The notes under the pieces were generated by a model. That model had not been told where the DNA came from and made no database searches. It saw only the letters and a list, made by a program, of their open reading frames with translations. Positions 10,721 through 20,862 of a DNA stretch of 64,000 bases are shown here, one piece after another. Position 1 is the first letter of the stretch; every line of letters begins with the position of its first letter. This stretch comes from Ignavibacteria bacterium (GTDB taxonomy: Bacteria > Bacteroidota > Ignavibacteria > Kapaibacteriales > Kapaibacteriaceae). The translations under genes and the position numbers were made by a program. The stretch is taken from assembly GCA_016191145.1 (NCBI GenBank), contig JACPPD010000007.1:16021-80020 (forward strand), given 5' to 3'.

Positions 10721-12115
10721 ATGAAACGAACGTTACTTCTTCTAACTCTCGTTGTTTGTGCTGCATCCTTGTGGGTTGTCACTCCTGGGAAGGGGCAGTC
10801 TTTGGAGCGAATCGTTGAACAGTTGAAAACGATTGACCCGGAAATTCTCCAGTACTTTCCACGGTGGCGTGTTTGCGAGCCAGACCTGCAAATTCAAATC
10901 AAGCAGACATTTGCTCTTACGGGGTACGATCCGTCCAAGCTGGATCAGACGAACATTATTATCACGTCGGCGCCTATTCGCCAGGATTTACCTGAACCAG
11001 AGTTCGATCTGATTCTCATTGAATGCGGCACAGAGAAAATGGTTGCGCAGGAAATTGCGCAGAATATGCGAAAACTGTCCTTTAAGATTGCAGACCCTAA
11101 ACGACCATACTGCTTCGTAGACATTCCTCCATCAGAGCCGCCATCGGCGCCTCAGGCCGACGAGATCATCAACTACATGGAGCCAACGAATGTTACGCAT
11201 GCGTTTACACTGTCGGCCTTCGAACAAACATTAAAAATCGGTAAGAGTGGATTTTGGTTGAAATCGAGTATTGGCACAGATCAGGTTGGGTATCATTATT
11301 GGTCTTCTGGTGAAGCCCGCGTTCAATTGCAACGTCCACTGTATACCAACACCGATCCGGATACACGCCGTGCCATACCATACCTTCTCAATGCACGGTT
11401 AGGAATGGCATATCGCCTCACAGGCGCCCTGGATGGTCAGGAACGATTGCTCGACTTTATTCCTGGACGGAAATTAAATGCAGGCGCCGGTGGCAAGCTC
11501 GTTGCAGGAATTGACTTTCACCTTCCCATGCACCCGAGAGTCGGTGTGTCGCTCAACATGGAGCTTCCCCTCAAAGGTATTTCTTCGGTAGATCCCATCG
11601 ATCCTACTACGTATTACAGATACGATATGGGTACGAGATTGATCTTTGCACCTGGCTACAACGAAGATCCGTATGCAATTGCACCTCTGTTGCGCTCTAC
11701 CGGACAGGCAACATTGTTCTATAACCTCTGGGTGGGGGCTAAGGGGCCCGAAAACTTTTTTAGAATAGACCTCGGAGTTAACTATGTAGAGGTTCAGGAA
11801 GCCGCTGTATTCAGCGACACTGTAAATAAGCGTTCATATCTCGCTGTTGATGGCGTTACGGGTTTAATCAAGTATCACCCTGTAGTTGCCCGCGACTGGA
11901 TTTATGCAAAAATTGAATATCGTAATCAGGGTTCGTTCCCTTTTGGTTTGAGCTTACAGTTTGCTAACCAAGTTCTGCTTGGAAGGGTTTATGTACCTAT
12001 CCTCGGCGATTGGTTTATGCTGGAAGGAAAGTACAGTACTCCGCTAAGGTCTGTACGCCCTTACGAACTTGACAATTTCTTTATGGTTTCTCCGGTGCTA
12101 CGCCTGAACTTCTAA
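10721..12115 (+). CDS. Putative outer-membrane beta-barrel protein (paralog B)
   Basis: Signal peptide and terminal VLRLNF. The C-terminal strands align by eye with those of 9020..10687. Confidence 0.7.
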   Translation: MKRTLLLLTLVVCAASLWVVTPGKGQSLERIVEQLKTIDPEILQYFPRWRVCEPDLQIQIKQTFALTGYDPSKLDQTNIIITSAPIRQDLPEPEFDLILIECGTEKMVAQEIAQNMRKLSFKIADPKRPYCFVDIPPSEPPSAPQADEIINYMEPTNVTHAFTLSAFEQTLKIGKSGFWLKSSIGTDQVGYHYWSSGEARVQLQRPLYTNTDPDTRRAIPYLLNARLGMAYRLTGALDGQERLLDFIPGRKLNAGAGGKLVAGIDFHLPMHPRVGVSLNMELPLKGISSVDPIDPTTYYRYDMGTRLIFAPGYNEDPYAIAPLLRSTGQATLFYNLWVGAKGPENFFRIDLGVNYVEVQEAAVFSDTVNKRSYLAVDGVTGLIKYHPVVARDWIYAKIEYRNQGSFPFGLSLQFANQVLLGRVYVPILGDWFMLEGKYSTPLRSVRPYELDNFFMVSPVLRLNF

Positions 12116-12117
12116 GA

Positions 12118-13494
12118 ATGCTTTCGATCAGTTCTATGATTATTGAAAGGGCGTGCGTATCGTTCGCCCTTTTTCTTTTTACCATTACTCTTGGTAATCA
12201 TATTCTCTATGCTGGTAAAAGTCAAATCTCAGATTCACTTAGGCAAGACTCCGTAGCGCGTGTAAAACGCGCGGCAGAAGAGGCGAAAATTACGTCGACA
12301 TTAACCGGCGTAAAGATGACGATTCAAAACGTCGACATTACCAAATTCCCGTTGGTTAAGCTGATTGTGGAAGTGTACGACGACAGTTTAAGGGCCATGG
12401 AACACATTGACCCTAGTACCTTAACGGTTATCGAAAATGGTGTCGCAAAACCTGTACTGTCTATTGATAAAATAGATATCAGAGACAGAATACCTGTGGA
12501 TTTTGTTTTTCTTGTTGATGTTACTGGTACCATGCAGGCATACATCAACGGTGTAAAGAATAACATCGAAAAATTTGTCGACACTCTAAGAACAAGGGGC
12601 ATTGAGTACAGGCTCGGTCTGATATTATTTTCAGATATAATCGAGACCTCATACCAACCAACAACCGATGTTAAAGAATTCTTGGGATGGCTTAGCAAGG
12701 TCTTTGCATCTGGAGGCTTCGACGAGAAAGAGAATGCTTTAGAGGCTATTGTCGAAGGAGTAAAGTCTAAATGGAGTCCGGCAGCGAACCGCGTCATCGT
12801 ATTAGTAACCGATGCCCCTTACCATCAGATTGGTGAGCGTGGGAACGGCAGAACGTATATGAGTACGGAAACTACCATTGAATTGCTGAAGCAGAATGAT
12901 GTGAGGCTGTTCTGCATCGCTTCCCCGGAGCTTAAGGAATATGCCCAATTGTCTGCTGGCAACAGAGGAGCGTTATTCGATATCAGGCAGCCTTTTTCCA
13001 GAATATTAGACCAATATTCAACACAGTTAACAAATCTCTACGCCGTCTCGTATCGGTCGGATACAAGACTTACATCGGATTCCATCAATGTTTCCATTCT
13101 CGATGAGAACAAGAAAGAGTTGGTGAAACGAATGATTCCGATTGTGGAGATAGGAAGAAAGTTTATTATCGAGAACTTGCTGTTTGAAACTAACAGCGCG
13201 CAGTTGAGCAAGAAGGTTGATGAGTTGAACGTGCTAGTCGACTTTATGCGTCTGCGTCCGGCTGTTCGGATACGTGTGGAAGGGCACACCGATAATAAAG
13301 GTCCGCTGAAGCATAACAATACTCTTTCGCAAGCCCGTGCGGAAAGCGTAAAAGCCTTCATAGTGCAAAAGGGCATTGATGCAGGAAGAATTCAGACCGT
13401 TGGGTTTGGCCCGTCGAAGCCGATTGGCGACAACAAAACAGATTTTGGGCGCAGCCTGAACCGTCGCACAGAAATTCTGATTGTTGCCAAATAA
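12118..13494 (+). CDS. vWA domain plus OmpA-like peptidoglycan-binding protein
   Basis: MIDAS-like DVTGTM...LVTDAPYH. OmpA motifs FETNSA, VEGHTDNKG, LSQARAESV and NRRTEI. Confidence 0.9.
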   Translation: MLSISSMIIERACVSFALFLFTITLGNHILYAGKSQISDSLRQDSVARVKRAAEEAKITSTLTGVKMTIQNVDITKFPLVKLIVEVYDDSLRAMEHIDPSTLTVIENGVAKPVLSIDKIDIRDRIPVDFVFLVDVTGTMQAYINGVKNNIEKFVDTLRTRGIEYRLGLILFSDIIETSYQPTTDVKEFLGWLSKVFASGGFDEKENALEAIVEGVKSKWSPAANRVIVLVTDAPYHQIGERGNGRTYMSTETTIELLKQNDVRLFCIASPELKEYAQLSAGNRGALFDIRQPFSRILDQYSTQLTNLYAVSYRSDTRLTSDSINVSILDENKKELVKRMIPIVEIGRKFIIENLLFETNSAQLSKKVDELNVLVDFMRLRPAVRIRVEGHTDNKGPLKHNNTLSQARAESVKAFIVQKGIDAGRIQTVGFGPSKPIGDNKTDFGRSLNRRTEILIVAK

Positions 13495-13499
13495 TTCAA

Positions 13500-14147
13500 T
13501 TATTTGGTTTCGACGCTGAATGTTCTGCCTTTAAACAGACTAACGTATCGAATGTTTGTGGTATCTGCTGCCGGACGCAGGAAGAACACCGTGCTCACAG
13601 GACCAAATGAAGAATTTCTCAGATCGATTCCGGCTACAGTTCCTTGTGTTCTGCTAACAAAATTTACTGATTCTACCGGGTTGAGTTTGCCAATGAAATA
13701 AATGGTTGCAGGCAGATGACTTTTTACAAGAAGCCCGGCAACCATCGATACTATTTGTGTTTGCTTTCCAACATCAAGGTAGTTTGCTTCGCTCATTGCT
13801 CTGCGCAGATTGCGTTCATACTCACTCATCGATGCAGACCACGGATCTACAACAGGCGAACCTACGATGAGATCGGTAGTGTTTGAATCCGATCCCACAT
13901 CGGCGCGGATACGTGCAATCACAGAATCTGCATCTGCGCTGCTGACACGCGAAAAGACAATTGCATACCGGACGTGTTTGGCTCTTTTTGTCTTTTCCCG
14001 CGCAATAATGTCGCCTTGCTTCGGCATATCTCTGTATAGCAAGCTTAACGTAAGACCGACTAGCGCAAGAAATGCAAATGCGATAAAAATGTACACCCAT
14101 CCATTTTTTCGTGGAAGCGGAATTCCGTTTTCATCTTTCCTAATCAT
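13500..14147 (-). CDS. Hypothetical single-pass membrane protein
   Basis: 215-aa ORF with an N-terminal TM (WVYIFIAFAFLALVGLTLSLLY), directly downstream of purF. Confidence 0.7.
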   Translation of the reverse strand: MIRKDENGIPLPRKNGWVYIFIAFAFLALVGLTLSLLYRDMPKQGDIIAREKTKRAKHVRYAIVFSRVSSADADSVIARIRADVGSDSNTTDLIVGSPVVDPWSASMSEYERNLRRAMSEANYLDVGKQTQIVSMVAGLLVKSHLPATIYFIGKLNPVESVNFVSRTQGTVAGIDLRNSSFGPVSTVFFLRPAADTTNIRYVSLFKGRTFSVETK

Positions 14148-14175
14148 ATTCAGAATTCTCTTTACGAAAATCGTC

Positions 14176-15633
14176 CTAATCTTCGGTTACTTCCTTGTCT
14201 GCATAAATATCTATTTCAACCGGATACTCGCCCGTAAAGCATGACGTGCAATATCCAACACCTGGCTCGTGCGGGACCGAGTCCATCATGCCCTGCACAC
14301 TGAGGTAGCGCAGAGTGTCTACACCCAACTCCCTGCCAATTGATTCTTCGGAGTCGTGGTGATTAGCAATCAACTCTTCCTTGCTTGGGAAGTCCATCCC
14401 ATACTTACATGGAAATCTGACAGGGGGCGATGTAATTCGCATGTGTATTTCGCGAGGCGCAGCCTCGCGGATGAGCTTTACAAGAGCCTTTGATGTAGTT
14501 CCTCTAACAATTGAATCATCAACTACAACAACCTTGTTGCCTTCGAGTACTCCCCGAACAACGTTGAATTTTGTTTTAACTTTAAATGCACGCTTGTTCT
14601 GTCCAGGTGCAATGAATGTTCTTCCAACATAGTGCGACCGGATTAATCCAATCTCAAAGCGTGTGGGAAAGCGTTTTTCATTAACGCGTGCATATCCCAG
14701 CGTTGCAGTGTTACCTGAGTCGGGAACGGAGATCACTACTACCTTGTCGTCTTCCGTTCCTTCAACGGGGCTTTCCTCTGCTAGTGCTTTGCCAAACTTT
14801 CGTCTGACTTTATCGACCTGGTTGCCAAAAATCAATGAGTCAGGACGAGAGAAATACACGTATTCGAAAATGCAATGCCTTGATACTTCCATTGCATCGT
14901 CGATGTAATGCGATGTAAACTCACCTGTCCGAATTGTGTGTTCGTCGATGACGAGAATTTCATTATGCTCAACATCTCTCAAATATTCTGCGCTGATAAT
15001 ATCAAGAGCACAGGATTCAGAGGCAACGATATAGGCATATTCATCGCCGTGCTTCAGACGGCCAACGCATAGCGGTCGGAATCCATGCGGATCTCGAGAT
15101 GCATACAGTGCGTTTTCTGAGAGCATCACCAGTGAGTATGCGCCCTTGGCAGTGCAGATTGCTTCGCGTATTTGTTCTATCTGGGATTTCTTCTTACTGC
15201 GTGCAATAAGGTGAAGAAAAATTTCGCTGTCTGTTGTGGTCTGGAATATGGCGCCATCTTCTTTCAGAGCAGTTCTTAACTGTCGGGTGTTTGTAAGATT
15301 GCCATTATGGGCCAGGGCAAACAAGCCCCCTGTATAGCTGATATGAAATGGCTGAATGTTTGCGAGAGAATTGCTGCCCGTTGTTGAATATCGGTTGTGT
15401 CCGATTGCTGACCGACCTTTCAACGTCTTTTCGAATACATCGTAATCGCCAAAGACATCTAAAACAAGACCTTCACCCTTGTGGACGCCAAAGCGAGAAC
15501 GTTTACGCTCTTCGTCTTCGAATACGGTAACAATACCGCTGGCTTCCTGGCCTCTGTGCTGCAATGCATGCAGAGCATAGTAGGTTAGGACAGCAGCCTG
15601 TGGGTGATTAAATACTCCGACGATTCCGCACAT
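14176..15633 (-). CDS. purF: Amidophosphoribosyltransferase
   Basis: N-terminal MCGIVG, LQHRGQE, GHNRYST, CIFEYVYFSRPDS and VDDSIVRGTT. Confidence 0.98.
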   Translation of the reverse strand: MCGIVGVFNHPQAAVLTYYALHALQHRGQEASGIVTVFEDEERKRSRFGVHKGEGLVLDVFGDYDVFEKTLKGRSAIGHNRYSTTGSNSLANIQPFHISYTGGLFALAHNGNLTNTRQLRTALKEDGAIFQTTTDSEIFLHLIARSKKKSQIEQIREAICTAKGAYSLVMLSENALYASRDPHGFRPLCVGRLKHGDEYAYIVASESCALDIISAEYLRDVEHNEILVIDEHTIRTGEFTSHYIDDAMEVSRHCIFEYVYFSRPDSLIFGNQVDKVRRKFGKALAEESPVEGTEDDKVVVISVPDSGNTATLGYARVNEKRFPTRFEIGLIRSHYVGRTFIAPGQNKRAFKVKTKFNVVRGVLEGNKVVVVDDSIVRGTTSKALVKLIREAAPREIHMRITSPPVRFPCKYGMDFPSKEELIANHHDSEESIGRELGVDTLRYLSVQGMMDSVPHEPGVGYCTSCFTGEYPVEIDIYADKEVTED

Positions 15634-15658
15634 TTTATTTGTAATTGGTGGTCGAAGG

Positions 15659-16375
15659 TTATTGTGAATCAGTCATGTTATGAAAGACGTTCTGTACATC
15701 GTCATCGTCTTCGATTCGCTCGATGAGTTTTATTACATCTTCGGCTTGGTCGTCTGAAACGGTAACAGTGTTGTTTGGTATGCGCCGGATCTCTGCAGAC
15801 GCAACGTCCACTCCTCCTGTTTCCAAAGCTCGCTGCATTGGAATGAAATCTTCAAAGGATGTATAGGCAACAAGATCGTCGTCGACCACCTGAATTTCAT
15901 CGGCGCCGTTTTCTATCAGCATCAACTCAAGATTGTCTCTGTTGATATTAGCTGCAGGAATCGTAAAGACTCCTTTGCGGTCGAAGATAAATTCAAGTGA
16001 GCCCGAAGTGCCGAGAGCTCCGTTACAGCGGTTGAAATAGGATCTGATATTTGCTACTGTCCTAGTTGGGTTATCGGTTGTTGTTTCAATCCATATTGCC
16101 ACACCATAGGGGCCATAGCCCTCATAGTTAATTTCCTGTAGGTCGGCTTCATCTTTTGCTGTTGCCTTACGGATTGCATTTTCAACGTTATCCTTGGGCA
16201 TGTTGGCGGCTTTGGCGTTTTGAATAACAACACGCAATCGAGGGTTCGTTTCCGGGTCTGCCCCACCCTGTTTAACAGCAACGGAGATTTCTTTCCCCAA
16301 CTTTGTAAACGTCTTTGCCATGTTCGCCCACCGTTTTTCTTTGCGGGCGCGTCGGAATTCAAAAGCTCTTCCCAT
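15659..16375 (-). CDS. yebC: YebC/PmpR family protein
   Basis: MGRAFE start, NPRLR, NMPKDNVENAI, YEGYGPYGVA and DDDDVQNVFHN. Confidence 0.95.
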   Translation of the reverse strand: MGRAFEFRRARKEKRWANMAKTFTKLGKEISVAVKQGGADPETNPRLRVVIQNAKAANMPKDNVENAIRKATAKDEADLQEINYEGYGPYGVAIWIETTTDNPTRTVANIRSYFNRCNGALGTSGSLEFIFDRKGVFTIPAANINRDNLELMLIENGADEIQVVDDDLVAYTSFEDFIPMQRALETGGVDVASAEIRRIPNNTVTVSDDQAEDVIKLIERIEDDDDVQNVFHNMTDSQ

Positions 16376-16385
16376 TTCTCATTTG

Positions 16386-17510
16386 TCAGATTCGTTTCTC
16401 GTAAATCCTATAGGTGCGGTACCGATCGCCATTCATCGTCGTCGTCAAACCGCGGTTCATCATTTCGTTGTCTTCCAGTATCCAGCTTGCCTCTGCGCCA
16501 ACAATTCCGCGTTTCAATCCCCGCGTTCCAATTTCAGAGTACATTGCCGCATCAACTCCGGACTTTTGAAATTCGGGCAGCACGCCGAGAACGAGGATTC
16601 GAAGAAAATCAATTTTTTTACTTTGTGTAAGGAGTAGCAAAGCCCCCTTCAAAATCCGGCCCTTTCGGTTGCGAATCAGCACCTGATTAATGTCGGGCAG
16701 TGCCAGAATAAAACCGGCCGGAACACCCATTATTTCGGCGAAAAAGACCAGCGAGGAATCGGCGATTTGCTTTAAGTCGTTTGCCAGAAAATCGAATTCC
16801 TCATCCGTCATCTTTACAAAACCCCAGTTTGGCTGCCAGGCTGTATTGTACATGTGTTTAATAAGTTCAACATCTCGGCGATACTGATGTTTATCCTTAA
16901 AGTCTATCGAGCGGAAGGTGATTTTTTTCCGTTCGATTAGCGCATCGAAGATTCGTTTTAGCTTGTCGGAACGATAGGTTTCCTGTGTAACGCGGTAGGC
17001 ATACAAATCCTTTGCCTTCCCGAAACCGGCATCTTCGATGAGGTTAACGTAGTATGGCGGATTGTACGACATAAGCACTACGGGTGGACCATCAAAGCCG
17101 TGAACGAGCAGGCCGCATTCATCGTTCATGGAAGGATTTACCGGCCCCCTTATAGTGTCCATTCCTTTATCGCGGAGCCATTGCTCAGCAGCCGTAAACA
17201 AGGCTGTGGCAACACCCTGATCGTGGATTGATTCGAAGAATCCAAAGAATCCTACTCGATCGTGATGTGTTGCATTATGCATTGCATTTGTAATGGCGGC
17301 AATGCGTCCAACAATGCGATTGTTCTGCTCTGCAACAAACAACTGGATTTCTGCGTGGCGGAAAAATGGATTGACTTTTGTGTTGAGCAGCTTCTTTCTG
17401 TCCATTAGCAATGGGGGCACCCAATGCGGATCGTCTTTATAAAACGCCCATTGCGATTTAATGAACAACATTGTCTCTGATGGTCTGAGCGCTCTTACTT
17501 TAAAGCTCAT
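16386..17510 (-). CDS. YghO-like double-GNAT-fold protein
   Basis: WVPPL, GRIAA, GFFGFFE, RGPVNPSMNDECGLL, YNPPYY and EASWILEDN. A TATCTTTG promoter lies at 17532-17539. Confidence 0.8.
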   Translation of the reverse strand: MSFKVRALRPSETMLFIKSQWAFYKDDPHWVPPLLMDRKKLLNTKVNPFFRHAEIQLFVAEQNNRIVGRIAAITNAMHNATHHDRVGFFGFFESIHDQGVATALFTAAEQWLRDKGMDTIRGPVNPSMNDECGLLVHGFDGPPVVLMSYNPPYYVNLIEDAGFGKAKDLYAYRVTQETYRSDKLKRIFDALIERKKITFRSIDFKDKHQYRRDVELIKHMYNTAWQPNWGFVKMTDEEFDFLANDLKQIADSSLVFFAEIMGVPAGFILALPDINQVLIRNRKGRILKGALLLLTQSKKIDFLRILVLGVLPEFQKSGVDAAMYSEIGTRGLKRGIVGAEASWILEDNEMMNRGLTTTMNGDRYRTYRIYEKRI

Positions 17511-17626
17511 AATCAAGCCTTTCTCCTGATGCAAAGATACCTACCAGGCTTTTGTGTGTGCCGACGTAACTGCGATTCCCTATGTTTGGCGTTCGCTGCC
17601 TTGCTTGTATCAATTGGACTAATCAC

Positions 17627-18973
17627 ATGAAAAAAATCGGTAATTGCTTTCTCCTCGCGTTTTTGCTTCTTATTCCATTCGCAGTGGTACCCGTGCAGTC
17701 ATTCGGGCTTGGCGATGATATCGAAGATGCTGCAGAGGCCATGTATCAATGGACACGGACAGACACATCCCTTTGGAACACGATGGCAGAGTTTTGCGAT
17801 TATTATCCAAAACGTCTCAGTGGTTCTGATAATCTTGAAAGGGGCATTGACTGGATAGTTGCTACGATGAAGAGTCGTGGGTGGGACGTTAAAACTCAGA
17901 ACGTATCTGTCCCCAACTGGAAACGCGGCACTGAATGGCTTAAGATGCACGGACAGCTGAATAAAGACATGAAGATTGCAGGGTTGGGCGGAACTGTAGG
18001 AACGGGTTCTACATCGCTTCTGGCGCAAGTGTACGTGGTGAAATCTTTCGACGACATCAAAGCTCACGCAGCCGAGGTTAAAGGTAAAATAGTTGTGTGG
18101 AATGTTGAGTTTACCACGTATCGCGAAACTGTTGCATATCGCTATCGGGGAGCATCGGAGGCCGCTCGATATGGGGCTGTAGCCTCTCTTGTTCGGAGCA
18201 TTGGTCCGTTTGGAATGCAGACGCCGCACACAGGCTGGATGAAATACAACGATTCACTGCCTATGATACCTGCGGCGGCGATTACAATGGAAGATGCCCT
18301 GCTGCTGCAGCGCATGCAGGATAGAGGGGCAAAAATTGAACTGGAGTTGATGTTAGTATCGCACTCAGAGAGCAATGCCACTTCCCGAAACGTTATCATT
18401 GAGTTGAAGGGAACAACACATCCCGAAGAAATCGTAGTTATTGGCGGCCATATCGACTCATGGGATTTAGGCACCGGTGCGATGGACGATGCAGGAGGAT
18501 GCTTTGTAGCCTGGCGTGCTCTTGAAATGATGCGTGAACTGGGCCTGAAACCAAAACGAACGATTCGATTATGTCTGTGGACGAATGAAGAAAATGGAAC
18601 CAGAGGAGCTCAGGCCTATGCCGATAGTACAAAAAATGAACATCATGTTGCCGGGATTGAATGCGACGGCGGGACGTTCCGTCCACGAGGGTTTAGCGGG
18701 ACGCTACCCCCGGATTTGAAGGAAGATCTCCTTGATGCATTTGAACATCTGGAGATTATTGGCGCGTCTGAAATTCGCGACGGTGAAGGGGGCGCCGACA
18801 CCGGTCCTCTGCGCGAAAAGGGTATTCCCGTGATGGAGTTGGAAGTTGATACAACGCGGTATTTTTGGTATCACCACACGGAAGCCGATACTCCTGATAA
18901 ACTCAACCCAAAGGAAATGAACGACTGTACGTATGCAATGGCAGTAGCTGCCTGGGCATGCGCTAATAGATAA
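17627..18973 (+). CDS. M28-family metallopeptidase (carboxypeptidase Q-like)
   Basis: Signal peptide and PA region. Motifs GGHIDSWD, GAMDDAGG, NEENG and YHHTEADT. Confidence 0.9.
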   Translation: MKKIGNCFLLAFLLLIPFAVVPVQSFGLGDDIEDAAEAMYQWTRTDTSLWNTMAEFCDYYPKRLSGSDNLERGIDWIVATMKSRGWDVKTQNVSVPNWKRGTEWLKMHGQLNKDMKIAGLGGTVGTGSTSLLAQVYVVKSFDDIKAHAAEVKGKIVVWNVEFTTYRETVAYRYRGASEAARYGAVASLVRSIGPFGMQTPHTGWMKYNDSLPMIPAAAITMEDALLLQRMQDRGAKIELELMLVSHSESNATSRNVIIELKGTTHPEEIVVIGGHIDSWDLGTGAMDDAGGCFVAWRALEMMRELGLKPKRTIRLCLWTNEENGTRGAQAYADSTKNEHHVAGIECDGGTFRPRGFSGTLPPDLKEDLLDAFEHLEIIGASEIRDGEGGADTGPLREKGIPVMELEVDTTRYFWYHHTEADTPDKLNPKEMNDCTYAMAVAAWACANR

Positions 18974-18975
18974 AT

Positions 18976-20787
18976 TTATTTACCAACAAATGTTACTTTC
19001 ATGGTAACAGGTTTGTCGTCGCGCAATACAACCACTTCCGTCGTATCACCTGGTTGGAAGTTTCCAAGCGCAGCCATAAGATCGTAAATATTACGAATAA
19101 CCGTGGCGCCAACCTTGGTAATAATGTCGTCGGCCATCAGTCCAGCCTCTGATGCAGGCGTTTTCGGACGCACTCCCGATATGCGTAAGCCTTGCGGATC
19201 GTCGCTATAATCAGGAACAATGCCAAACGTAACTTTGAGAGCAATGCTGGAACTCTGGCTGGCCGAAGGCGTCGAGGCGCCCTCGGTAAACGCCAGGCGC
19301 ATGGGCGCATCGGCGATGAGCCGAACGGTTTGCTCTACAAAGTCAAGAATACGAGATTCCCCTTCGGCATTTATTTTATCCCACGTATCGGAAGACCGAT
19401 GATAGTCGGAATGCAAACCGGTAAAGAAAAACAATACAGGAATCTTTTTTGCCGTGAATGATGAGTGATCGCTGGGACCAAATCCGTCGCTCGTAGTCGA
19501 GATTTTGAAGCCACGTGTAGAATTAACGCTATCGACAATGCTCTTCCACTGTGGCGAGGTACCAATTGCCTGAACATTGAGCTTGTCGTTGGTGAGTCTG
19601 CCGATCATATCCATATTTATCATAGCTGCAGCTTTTTCAAGGGGCATGGTAGGCGTTGAGGTCCAATGCTTAGATCCTAACAATCCCTTCTCTTCACCGC
19701 TGTACGTCATAAACAGCAGGCTTCGCCGGGTTGGAGTAGAGCTAAACCTTCTTGCCAGTTCCAGCACGCCGGAAGTGCCAGATGCATTGTCGTCGGCGCC
19801 GGGATGAATCTTCGGTTCGTTAGATGTATTCAGGGAATTTTCGTCTCCCATTCCCAGGTGGTCGTAGTGAGCTCCGATAACAATGTATTCTTGCGATACA
19901 GAGGGATCGGATCCTTCAACGAGCCCAACGATGTTCGACGTTGCGCTTTCGATAAAGCTAACACTGGTTTCAATTGTCGCAGTTGAATTGGGGATTACAA
20001 ACGACATAGGCTTTCGTTTTTCCTGTATTGATTTTTCGGCGACGTATAGTGTTGTACTCTTGGGAGGAAAGACTCTTGCACAAGGCGTTCGTCTTACCTG
20101 CAAGGCAATGATCCCCGAATTTTTTCCGAGTCTATCCAAACCAAATCGCTGGAGCACATCGCTTGAATCGCCTTCTTCATTCACGAAACAAATAACCTTT
20201 GCTCCTTTGTCGCGGGCTGTTGTGGATTTTGTGCGAAGGGAAGCTTGCTGACGGAATTTTTCATCGCGTTCAGCCCATTTGGGCAAGCCCCTTAACACAA
20301 TAACGATAGCATCCCTGACATCGATTCCTTTGTAATCGTCATAGCTGCCGGTTGAAATACCATATCCTGCAAACACTACTCTGCCTGCCGCACTGCCCGA
20401 TTCGCTAAAGCCAAAAGGTTGGTAGTCGGCGCCAAGCTTCCATGCGACTTTAATAGGCTTCGTCATTTCAAGCGGGACGCCTGGTTTTTCAATGAGCAAG
20501 CTGAACCATACTGAGTTGCGATCGCCGAGCTTAACGCCAGTAGTCATTGTAAATGTATTCCGGTATGTAGCGTCGGAGCCGGCAGGTTTTAAGCCAAACA
20601 TCTTGAAACTGTTTTCGATATATGCAGCCGCCTTCTCAATGCCCATGGAAGCTGGTGCGCGGCCTTCGCATTGTTCAGACGCAAGGAATTTGATGTGATC
20701 CTGAATGCGGATGGCGGCAGGAGAAAGTGTGTCCTGCGAATACGCAAAGTTTACAGCGGCAATTAAGCCAAGAATGAAAAGACGCAT
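18976..20787 (-). CDS. M28 aminopeptidase with PA and C-terminal PDZ domains
   Basis: GAHYDHLG, GADDNASG, GEEKGLLGS, NMDMIGR, SDHSSF and HSDYH. PDZ segment FGIVPDY...PASEAGL. Confidence 0.92.
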   Translation of the reverse strand: MRLFILGLIAAVNFAYSQDTLSPAAIRIQDHIKFLASEQCEGRAPASMGIEKAAAYIENSFKMFGLKPAGSDATYRNTFTMTTGVKLGDRNSVWFSLLIEKPGVPLEMTKPIKVAWKLGADYQPFGFSESGSAAGRVVFAGYGISTGSYDDYKGIDVRDAIVIVLRGLPKWAERDEKFRQQASLRTKSTTARDKGAKVICFVNEEGDSSDVLQRFGLDRLGKNSGIIALQVRRTPCARVFPPKSTTLYVAEKSIQEKRKPMSFVIPNSTATIETSVSFIESATSNIVGLVEGSDPSVSQEYIVIGAHYDHLGMGDENSLNTSNEPKIHPGADDNASGTSGVLELARRFSSTPTRRSLLFMTYSGEEKGLLGSKHWTSTPTMPLEKAAAMINMDMIGRLTNDKLNVQAIGTSPQWKSIVDSVNSTRGFKISTTSDGFGPSDHSSFTAKKIPVLFFFTGLHSDYHRSSDTWDKINAEGESRILDFVEQTVRLIADAPMRLAFTEGASTPSASQSSSIALKVTFGIVPDYSDDPQGLRISGVRPKTPASEAGLMADDIITKVGATVIRNIYDLMAALGNFQPGDTTEVVVLRDDKPVTMKVTFVGK

Positions 20788-20804
20788 AGGGTAACGCACA
20801 ATAC

Positions 20805-20829
20805 TAGTTTTGCATGAACAACAAAATTA
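20805..20829. promoter_or_regulatory. Opposed pair of TAnnTTTG elements between divergent genes
   Basis: TAGTTTTG on + at 20805-20812 and TAATTTTG on - at 20822-20829. Confidence 0.5.
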
Positions 20830-20862
20830 GCCCTTGTACAGGGCGGGAACAACGAGGGATAG

